Below, piece after piece: positions 53,956 through 64,000 of a stretch of 64,000 bases of DNA. This DNA is from Octopus vulgaris. Lineage: Eukaryota. The notes below the pieces were generated by a model that had not been told where the DNA came from, made no database searches, and was given only the letters and a program-made list of their open reading frames with translations. Position numbers and translations under genes: made by a program. The stretch is from assembly GCA_951406725.2 (NCBI GenBank), contig OX597816.1:123318001-123382000 (forward strand), in the 5' to 3' direction. The first letter of the stretch is position 1, and each line of letters begins with the position of its first letter.

Positions 53956-54060
53956 CTCCGAGAACTTCGACATGAAAATTTAAATCCATTTATTGGGTTT
54001 TTAAATGATCCAGCAAGACCTTCATTTATCACAGAATATTGTACAAGAGGAAGTTTGGAG
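53956..54060 (+). CDS. Internal exon (105 nt, phase 0/0) of the receptor guanylyl cyclase KHD: LRELRHENLNPFIGFLNDPARPSFITEYCTRGSLE
   Basis: Acceptor tctcttcttttgaAG and donor GTAAAT. LRHENLNPFIG and EYCxRGSLE are hallmark motifs of membrane guanylyl cyclases (NPR/retinal GC family). Confidence 0.93.
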
Positions 54061-54208
54061 GTAAATGTTTTCTTCTTAGTTAAAAGTTTTCAGACGGAGT
54101 CGATATAGTTGGTTATTTGACTTCTTGTAAATACGTGGAACAAGTACTTTCTCCCTCACACACACACACAGAGTCAGTGACTCACATACACACATATACT
54201 CTTACTCT

Positions 54209-54253
<45 letters not shown>

Positions 54254-54324
54254 CTATTCACATATGCACAAAACTATGGGATATTAATGAAAATTGAGAT
54301 ACATATGCAAAAAAACTTCTATGT

Positions 54325-57162
54325 TGTTGTAGGGAATTAGTAATAATGGTACACCCTCCCATGTGACAAATGAAATAACCTAGTCACTATAAATAAAGAG
54401 AAGTACATGATGTACCAAAGTACATAGTAGGTGATCAGAGATAGTTGTATCATTACTGGTTTTACTTTTAAGGATTATAACAGTGGCGACGTGGATTTTA
54501 TCAGCTCACAAGGAGTTAACAAACTCAAAAAAGTTTTTGTTGTGAGAATTTTATGAAAAGAAAATCGTGAAATTATGGAAAATTTGTTGGCCAGTTTGCT
54601 TGAGTTGCAAAAACAGTAGCAATAGCAGCTAAAACTGCAAGAACAACAGCTGAAGCAACAACAATACCATGACCAACAACAACAACAATTACTACTACAG
54701 CCACAAATGCTGCAATTAACAAAGTCATTAGGAAATTCAGAAAAAGTGTTCTCGCTGACTATGTTGTGAATTCCATAATAGAGTTCAAATACGATCTTGA
54801 CAAAGGAGTTACCTTTGAAGCATACTACAGAAAATATTAACAAATCTTTGAGAAAGAATGTAAAGATAGAGACGACGAGATGAAAATGTGCTTAATCTTG
54901 AGAAAACTAATGGCAACAGAACATGAAAGATACAGTAATTATGTACGCCCAAGAAAACCTTTAGACATAAACTTTAATGACACAATAGATATATTGTGTA
55001 AAATTTTCTGTGAAAAAGGCTCATTGTTCAACACATGTTGGAAATATCTGAACATAGATAAAAACAATGAGGACTACATCACATATGCTGGTAGAGGAAA
55101 CAGGGAATGTGAGAAGTTTAAGCTGGATGAATTAATGCCAGATATGTTCAAAGGCCTGATTTTTACACAGGGGCTTATTACTGAAAAGGATGCAGAAGTT
55201 AGAACTAGAATTCTTGCAAAGCTGGAACAAAACAAGTGTCAGAAGGATATGAAAGGATAGTCAAATTAAGACACAACATACAGGAAGCTGAATGTAAAGA
55301 TTGTTTCCAAGTAAAGCAAGTGTGAAATAGTCAGAACAGAGATAAGATGTTTTCAAAAAACATGACAAAAATCAGGAAATAAACCCATGTTTTGCATGTG
55401 GAGGTATATATCTGAGGAAGGAATTGCCCTTTTAAAAAAGCGGAGTACTTTCATTGTGGAAATATAGGACATATAAAGATACACTGTAGAATGAAGATCA
55501 TAAAACATCAGAACAAAGGAAAAAGAATGAATAGTATATCATTGAAAGAAATTGGTATCACAACGATGAGGAAGTTTGGTGAAAATCAGAAATCCAAGTG
55601 TTAAAATGCAGTTGGACATTGGTAATAACATCACCATTATAAACGAAAAAACAGGGAAATATGTTGATAAGCCAAAATTAATTAAATCTAAAAAGGTAGT
55701 AATGGTGTTATGGGAGAAAGATTATATTTTTTTGAGTGAATTCGTGTGTAGTGTATCATTTCGAGGTCAAACGAAAAAGGCAAAGATATATGTGTTAAAA
55801 AGTTCACATAAATTATTTGGCACAGAGTGGATGGAAGTGTTCAAAGTATAGAGTACACCCATGAATGTTTTGTGTGGAAGTATAGTCGGTTCAATCAAAG
55901 GTTCGAATGCAGCTGAGGGACTGAAAAATTGCAGTAAAACAGAGTGGAGTACTTGTATGTAAACCAAAACAAAATTAAAAAATGCCCAGAATACAAAGTA
56001 AACATTGTTCAAAAGTAGATGTTCCATGGTCGAGACTACACATTGATTTCACTGGTCCTTTAAACAGTTCTTACTACTTAGTGGTAGTTGATAGTTTTTA
56101 GAAATGACCTGAAAATTGTGAGGGTAAAAAATCAACCTCTTCAACAGTGATAAATTTTTTACACAAATTGTTTGCAAAATTTGGTATCCCAGACAAGATA
56201 GGGTCTGACAATGGAACACAATTTGTGTCTAGCAAATTTTAAAAATTTTGTGAAATGTTTACAGTAGAACACTTAACTGTAGTGTCCCAACAGCCCAGAT
56301 CTAGTGGACACACAGAATGCTTTGTTGATACCTTCAAAAGAACCTTTAGAAAACCGAATAAGGAAGTCACAGGTGAGGTAGCTGTACAACAATTTTTAAG
56401 AGTGCACTGTGTAATACCAAATCTAAATGCACCAGTAAGTAGATCACAAGCAAAGCTGATGTTTTCAAAGTAAGTAAAATCAGTCTTTAATAAATTGCTA
56501 CCTGGCAAGAAAAGAAAAATTACCAGGGAAGACATAGCAAGACACTTTAAAGTTGGTGGAAAGGTGTATATGAGGGCATACAAGAATGGAAAGCAGAGTT
56601 GGGAAGATGGCTTAATTACCAAATGCATATGTAAAATGATGTATTGGGTAAAAAGTAGAAAAGGCATATATAAGAGACACATGAACAAACTGAAAAAAAG
56701 ATTTATGGAGAGTGAACCCAAGAGGTTGGAGGAACTGATGGAATGGTTGTATAATATGTTCCAAGTACCAATGCCACTGCAGGTGATTGAACCTAAGCAT
56801 AGAAGTGAGTGGAAAAGAAAACATAGAGTTCCTGAAAATAGATGCCAACTGCAAAAAATGTTAAATTGTATGGAAAAAAATAGTCAAAGAAGGGAGGTGG
56901 GTAGGAATAAAAAAGATTATTGCTAAATAAAATGACACTTCCTAAGAAAAACTTAAACGGGGAGATGTTATAGCTAATTAATAATGGCACACCCTCCCAT
57001 GTGACAAATGGCATAACCTAGTCACTATAAGTAAAGAGAAATATGTGAAATACCAGAGTATGTAGTAAGCAGTTAGAGATAGTCATGTCTTTACTGTTTT
57101 ACTAAGTATACTGTATACTAAGGTGGGTGCTATGTCAATCTATCATTTTAAGGATTATAACA
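54325..57162 (+). mobile_element. Mag-like Gypsy LTR retrotransposon with RT/RNaseH deleted
   Basis: LTRs 54325-54482 and 56966-57162 (TGTT...AACA), PBS TGGCGACGTGGAT, PPT ...aaacggggaga, 5-bp TSD TATGT/TATTT. Gag, protease MQLDIG and integrase PWSRLHIDF...SDNGTQF are present. Confidence 0.93.
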
Positions 57163-57296
57163 TATTTAAATGAGCAAAACTAATATATATAGATGTTAAT
57201 ATTCATCAATAATATAAACTCATAAATAAAAATATGTGCAATATGTCTGTGCGTATTGTGTGTGTTTTGTATGAGTGGTGAGAGTGTTGTGTGGAT

Positions 57297-57344
<48 letters not shown>

Positions 57345-57347
<3 letters not shown>

Positions 57348-58159
57348 TAAGAAAGTTTGTTTGGTAAAGCACGTGGGTGAATATATAAGAAAATAGTAAA
57401 GTGTGAAAAAACGACAGAAGGCTTAAATGTTAAAAAATATATATATTTGTGTCAAAATGTCTGGAGAATATTGGAAAAATTTTTTTTTTTTTTCCCTTTC
57501 CTTAAAATGACATAATTTTAAAATTTTTAAAGAAATTACCGGTTTCGCGTGTAGCTTTTCAAATTTCTTGTGACGTTATGTTTATATTGCATGGAATTAT
57601 CGTTGTTTTTATTTCCAGGAGATTTCTAAATAAGGGGAGGTAGTGAGTGATTTTTTCCGGTGTAGGGGAGATAATCGCTTAAAAATTTTTTTTTCCCTTT
57701 TCCTTGTTAATTTCTCTGTGTCAGTATGTTCGGATGGTTGAGTCTGGGTTTGTACTTTTCAATGAAGAATGTTTCCTTGTTCAGTCTCATTTGTGTTGAT
57801 GATCCGAAAGCACATTGGTAAAATGGGAAGATTAAAAATTGTGGCAGTAGTTGCTTTGCGCATTTCTCAATGTGCTCACTATAAGGTATCATTCTATATT
57901 CTGGGAATGCAATCTGTTGTCGATGCAGTGTGCATCTGCGCCTGAGTGATAGTCCTGTGGAACCCACGTAGTCTTGGTGGCAGCCCGAGCATTTAATAAC
58001 ATAAATTATGTTTTCAGAGGCACAAGTAAAGTTAGATTTGATCTTAAATTTCTGTCCCTCTTTAAAGAAGAATTCTGATCCTTCCAATAGGTTAGGACAT
58101 GTTGCACAGTTCGATCTACCACATTTTTTTACTTTTGCATCCGTAATTTTAGAAGACGA
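57345..58159 (-). mobile_element. Young 5'-truncated Penelope-like element with an uninterrupted GIY-YIG frame
   Basis: CGRSNCATC...NIIYVIKCSGCHQDYVGST...E..FIEKY.P.LN, then 3' UTR and (TA)n at about 57299-57344. Confidence 0.93.
57530..57569 (-). ncRNA. Minimal type I hammerhead ribozyme (U3:A8 variant)
   Basis: AAGAAAU UUGAAAA GC-UACAC-GC GAAA CCGG UA AUUUCUU: perfect 7-bp helix I, palindromic ACCGGU helix III, GUA cleavage triplet. Confidence 0.8.
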
Positions 58160-58533
58160 AAATATGTGAAATACCAGAGTATGTAGTAAGCAGTTAGAGA
58201 TAGTCATGTCTTTACTGTTTTATTAAGTATACTGTATACTAAGGTGGGTGCTATGTCAATCTATCATTTTAAGGATTATAACATATTTAAATGAGCAAAA
58301 CTAATATATATAGATGTTAATATTCATCAATAATATAAACTCATAAATAAAAATATGTGCAATATGTCTGTGCGTATTGTGTGTGTTTTGTATGAGTGGT
58401 GAGAGTGTTGTGTGGATATATATATATATATATATATATAGATAGATAGATAGATAGATATGAGTGTGTGCATGTAAAATCAAGTATATTCATGCACTTC
58501 AAAATAATGTAAAATTCTTTGGACCAAAGTAGT

Positions 58534-58564
<31 letters not shown>

Positions 58565-58641
58565 TTTGTATTTGTGTGTGCAAGTATTCTTATTTTGTAA
58601 GTTTGTTGACCCCATACATTAATGACTTTGTTATCTGGATA

Positions 58642-58858
58642 GGCGGTGAGCTGGCAGAAACGTTAGCATGCTGGGCGAAATGCGTAGCTGTATTTTGTCT
58701 GCCGTTACGTTCTGAGTTCAAATTCCGCCAAGGTCGACTTTGTCTTTCATCCTTTTGGGGTCGATAAATTAAGTACCAGTTATGCACTGGGGTCGATGTA
58801 ATCGACTTAATCCGTTTGTCCCCTCTGTGTTTAGCCCCTTGTGGGTAGTAAAGAAATA
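58642..58858 (+). mobile_element. Family A SINE with TSD
   Basis: TSD TATCTGGATA at 58632-58641 and 58859-58868. Confidence 0.9.
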
Positions 58859-60636
58859 TATCTGGATAGGCATTAAGAAAATCTAGACTGCAAAAGAAAG
58901 TCTGTTTAAATTTAATTATTTACTAATGAAGCTGACATATATTTATTTTCAAAATAAATGGAAAGAGTCAGAGTTGTAGTAACATGCTATCTTATGCAAC
59001 AATCAACCTGCTTGTATGGATTGAACTTACAAGGTCTTAACAGCTCAGCTGTCAACAACTATTAATATGAAACAATAAAATAAACAGATTGCCCACTCTT
59101 TTAAATGAATTAAATTTTGGTATGTTCTTTGCATTTTTGCTTTACATTTCCCAATATATAGGCATTTTCTGACTATAAGATGTTTTAAAAACTTTTTTAT
59201 TCATATGAATTATATTCTTATTTATTCTGGATTACCTTGTTTCATTTGATGGCTAGTTGTATCTTGAAGCATCCTAAACTCATATATCCTTCGATGTTTA
59301 TATCTTATCATGCAGTGATAATTATAATAAACATCAGTATGTCTATTCTAGACTGCAAAGATAATGCTTTTAGGTAACATTCCGTTTAAATTGCCTTTCA
59401 ATAATTCAGTGAAATAGCTATCATCATGCAAACAAGTTAGATATACATCACTGATAATAAACTGAATTTAACAATTCAGGACACTGGGCAAATATAACAA
59501 TGAAATGCTCTTAAGCTTCTTGAGGGGAACTAATGTAATTTGTTCAATAAGACAAGTAATAATATCATCTCGGTTTATAATGTTAAAAATCACTAGCTTA
59601 CTTTCTTTTGTAAAAGTTCACCAATATTTGCAATATTCTTCACTGAGGTCATTTTAATTCACCAAACTATATAATACTATTTTGCAATGGCAATTTCCAA
59701 GAACAGTAAATAAAGTATAGTATAACAGTACATTCTTCACTTAGTAGTCATAAAATAAGATTTTATTTCATTTGATTGATCAGGTAAGGTAGTTTTTGTA
59801 ATTTAATTATCAATTAGCATATCAAACTCTTGACTTTTGTATTGCTTATTCTCATCTATTACAATGAGCTATTTCATCTGAAAAGTGCACAATTTATTAA
59901 ATTCTACAATAGATTTCTATAGCTTTTACAAAATTTCTCCCCTATTTTTGCAACATTTATGATAATCTATAACTTTCACTCTATAACATTGCAAATATAT
60001 TACTTCAAGCATTGTCCATAACAGTACTGACATATTGATTGGTATTAATTCAGTTTGGAGATCAACAAATTCAATAATATTTTAGATACACTTCAGCTAC
60101 TCTTAAAGTTTTCCACTTATTGTACTATTATTTCAAAGATAACTGTAATATTGATACAGAGACATAGTATGCTGAATACTAGAATTGTGTAAACTTCAGC
60201 AGTCTTTGACAAATGTAATTTTTTAATGGTACTATGTATCCATAAATAGAGCAGAAACTGAAATAAATAGAAATAGTTGAAAAGTATATTGGTTGCACAC
60301 TTTTAATATACATCTGTACTATTATATAGGTAAACAGATAAAATAAAGGGGTATGTCTTGTTTTTATGTTGAAAAAAAATCTAATGTCTCATCTTTGCAT
60401 TAATTCCAAGTATATGAATGCTACATCTACTATGAGTACAAAGTAAACCTTTTAATATCCTTTGATCTAACTGGGATAAAAATAAAGGCACAGAGTTTCT
60501 AGCAAATACTTTTTTTAATATTGAGCTTATCAATGTTTGATATTTTCATACAAATTCATGTGTCAGCTTTGTGGTGGGATGTCAAGTGACTGGTGTATTT
60601 GCAATACTGCTGTATACTAACTATAATTGCATCTGT

Positions 60637-61008
60637 TTTACTCTTTTACTTGTTTCAATCATTTGACTGCAGCCATACTGGAGCACCGCCTTTAGTCAAG
60701 CAAATCGACTGCAGGACTTATTCTTTGTAAGCCCAGTACTTATTCTATCGGTCTCTTATGCCAAACCGCTAAGTTACAGGGATGTAAACACACCAGCATC
60801 GGTTGTCTAGAGATGTTGGGGTGACAAACACAGATGCACATACTTATATATATAAATATATATATTATCCAAATATATATAACCACATGGCTCCGGATTC
60901 AGACCCACTGAATGGCACCTTGGGCAAGTGTTTTCTACTATAGCCTCAGGCCGACCAAAGCCATGTGGGTGGATTTGGTAGATGGAAACTGAAAGAAGCC
61001 CATTGTAC

Positions 61009-61046
<38 letters not shown>

Positions 61047-61054
61047 GTACATAG

Positions 61055-61100
<46 letters not shown>

Positions 61101-61265
61101 GTACAATGGGCTTCTTTCAGTTTCCATCAACCAAATCCACCCACAAGGCTTTGGTCAGCCTGAGGCTATAGTAGAAAACACTTGCCCAAGGTGCCATTCA
61201 GTGGGTCTGAACCCGGAACCATGTGGTTGGTAAGCAAGCTACTTACATCACAGCCACTCCTGAGC
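60637..61265 (-). mobile_element. Family C SINE containing an inverted duplication of its own head
   Basis: Head 61265-61097, tail 60840-60637, inverted copy 60881-61012. Confidence 0.88.
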
Positions 61266-62749
61266 CTATGTCTAGAAAGTTAGAGGAAGTTATGAAGAAT
61301 CTTCATTTGATAGTAATATTTGCTGGCTTATATATAGGGCCTCTGTCAGTCAATCCACACATAAAGTTACCTACACACACAGGCATACACATATATGCAG
61401 ATGCACCCAAATACACATACACATATACACTCATAAACAAATACCCCACCTCTAGCATTATGCCATATAGCAACCAAACATCTCAAGTTACTACTATATA
61501 CCAGCACATACATATCACTCGGACTCTGAAAGACAATTGCATATGGACACATATATGTTTGATTTCATGAATACAATGATAGATTATCCAAATAGTTTAT
61601 GTTGGTCAATAAAGACTGCATGTTTGTAGGTGTACTTTGTTCACGGTCATGCATTTTGGAGGAAGGTATAGTGTGGCATGTATCTAAGAACGTTGCTCTA
61701 GGCATCATATATCCTTGACCTGCCATGTTCAAGCCAGTTGATGCACAAAGTAATCCCTTGTCATGCACCATATTGCATATAATAGAAGCACTTTAATCAA
61801 GTATTCCACACAATATTGTTGATATAAACGAACTTGGAGTATCTATACTGGCAGATAGGTTGATGAACAAGTGCTTTAGGCACATAGATATAAGGATATT
61901 CATGTGTAGGGTGTTACTAAAAAATTCTAAGTGTAGCAATTTCCTGAGAATAGTGTGGCTATTGTTACAATGTCAATTTGAATGTCAGAAGTGAAGTAGC
62001 ATATCTCATTGTAATTTATGTATTTTCTGATTCAGTAATTTTAGAATGCTTGGCTTTCTTGTGTGTACAATTTATAAATGTAATGGAGGCTCTTGTTGGG
62101 TTTATAGTATGGATAAGTGTAATTTCAAAACTTTAATCTAATTGAAACCTAATCTAAAAAGTTAGCCCAATTGCTGCTCTCATTGAAAGAGATTTAGTGA
62201 TTGAAGTTCCTGAAGAAAATGTAATGAGTAAGAATGTTCAACTATGGCAGTTGAACATCAAAATTACCAGGTCAGAAACCTCCTTAGAGTACAAATAATA
62301 GAGAATGATAAAATAATTACAAGATTGAAATAAATCCTAGGATTGACTGGACAAGATTTAGTAAACTCTTGAAGTCAGAACTACATTATGGCTGTAGTCC
62401 AATGACTGAAACCTACAAAAGAATAAAAGAATAGTAAAAGTTTATCAGAATTCATTATTACAGTTTCAGAGGTAATAATTTCAGCAGAGTTGTTAAAGCT
62501 TTGAAAAGAATACTTCATGGTATTCATTCTTAATTTCTACTTTCATCCTTTGTTGGGGAACATCAATAAAATACACTAACAGTCCAGAATGATGGATTGA
62601 TGGCATTGATAGAGTGTCAGACAAGATGTCTTGTTTGTAGTATTGTTTTGACACTACTTTCAGAGTTCAAGTTTTGCTGGTGACTAGGTCTAAGAACTTG
62701 ACCACAACAGCACACAATCATGATCATGATGATCATGATGATAATGATG

Positions 62750-63040
62750 ATCATCATCATCATTTAACATCCGTTTTTCCTGCCGGCATGAGTTGGATAG
62801 TTTATTCAGTGTTGGCAAGCCAGAGAGCTGCACTAGGAATCTAACTGATTTGGTCTGGTTTCCATGGCTGGATGCCCTTCCTAATGCCAACCACTTTACA
62901 GAGTGTGCTGAGTGTTTTTAACATGACACCATGCAAGCAATGCATGTGACACCAGCACAAATGCATTTTATGTGGAACCAGCACAAGCGCATTTTATGTG
63001 GCACCAGCATGAGTGCATTTTATGTGGCACCAGCACTGAA
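62750..63040 (-). mobile_element. RTE LINE 3' tail with ~26-bp tandem units
   Basis: (CAT)n, ggctggatgcccttcctaatgccaacc and repeated gcattttatgtggcaccagca. Confidence 0.75.
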
Positions 63041-63483
63041 CTCTTGCAGGCCAATCCTCTTCACCAAGTAGATGTGGCCTTCCAACCTGTAATTGGTCTG
63101 CAAGGATAGGTAGGTCTACATCCAGCATGAAAATAGTCAGCAATGACTTTCTGCACAAAAAATACCTACAAGTAGATTGTTAATGGATGTGTGGAGTAGA
63201 AACTACAATAACTTCATATAGGAAAATACTTGCTGCTCAAGTAAACATCTGACTTATTGAAATTATTCTTTAATTTTTACTTTCTTTTTCTAAGTCATTA
63301 TTTTCTCAAATGTTACCATCTCTAAATGGCAAACTCTATTAGAATCTCTAAATGGTGAACTCTTTGAGTGCTTTAATGGCATTTTAACTGAATTCTTTCT
63401 GATGGTTATGTTTACTGCCTTTTGCTGCAACAATTATTTTTTTCTGGTTGCTACTCCTGCTGTTATTGCTGTTGCTGCTGCTG

Positions 63484-63516
<33 letters not shown>

Positions 63517-63916
63517 AGACAACGAAGTATATAGTGTATTCCATAAATATTGGGAACAGGTGAATAATTTGTGATCATGCTGTGTTTAAGCTATTAGTAG
63601 ATTTGACCAATTCTCCTTTTCTTGAGAGAAGAACTTAATGGTCCCTAGTCTAGACTTAATACAGTATCTGTAATAAGAACTGTCTACTAATAAAACATTC
63701 GTTATTATATGTACCATTAGATCCTGGGGTTAAACCATCATTTATTCACAGTGAAAATTAATATGTATTTACTAAATATACGTGGTTGTTACTCTCTTTA
63801 AAAGTTTAATCTCAAATACTCTGTGTTGGTGTGAAAATTAATCTAATGTATGTATGTATTTATATATGTATGTTTATACAGGTGTTACTCTCTCTCTGTT
63901 TGTGTTTGTGTATGTA

Positions 63917-63993
63917 TTACTCTTTTACTTGTTTCAGTCATTTGACTGTGGCCATGCAGGAGCACTGCCTTTAGTCAAGCAAATCGACCCCAA
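63917..63993 (-). mobile_element. Family C SINE tail (near window edge)
   Basis: tactcttttacttgtttcagtcatttgactg, as at 60637. Confidence 0.75.
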
Positions 63994-64000
63994 AATGAAG

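Larger units (their letters stand above)
57039..58417 (+). repeat. 258-bp direct duplication (57039-57296 and 58160-58417) flanking the Penelope element
   Basis: Copies are identical apart from one C/T difference seen by eye. Confidence 0.92.

Noticed and set aside
54475-54843. Cys-rich minus-strand ORF
   Set aside because: Antisense reading of the Gln-rich (CAA/CAG) gag N-terminus.

Overview
AT-rich, microsatellite-dense animal genomic DNA. The tRNA-derived SINE, RTE and Penelope repertoire looks like an octopod cephalopod (inference). The only host coding sequence I can support is three small phase-0 exons on the + strand (22646-22762, 42388-42471, 53956-54060). They splice to ...SETARYN|GDMIYVKDLK...HLKL|LRELRHENLNPFIGF...EYCTRGSLE, the juxtamembrane region and start of the kinase-homology domain of a receptor guanylyl cyclase. 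The rest is intron, filled with mostly decayed elements: RTE, CR1 and R4-like LINEs, four Penelope-like (GIY-YIG) elements, an RT-deleted Mag/Gypsy LTR element with both LTRs, three mariners, Helitrons, piggyBac MITEs and several SINE families. The most notable observations are minimal hammerhead ribozyme motifs in the Penelope terminal repeats (the best at 57530-57569, minus strand, intact U3:A8 core), a 258-bp near-perfect duplication flanking that Penelope insertion, a fold-back inverted duplication of one SINE, a PHD-finger remnant inside an RTE reverse transcriptase, and a Helitron-like family ending in CTCG. Most short ORFs in the supplied track are microsatellite or chance ORFs. Boundaries of decayed elements are approximate, and family names come from motif recognition, not database searches.
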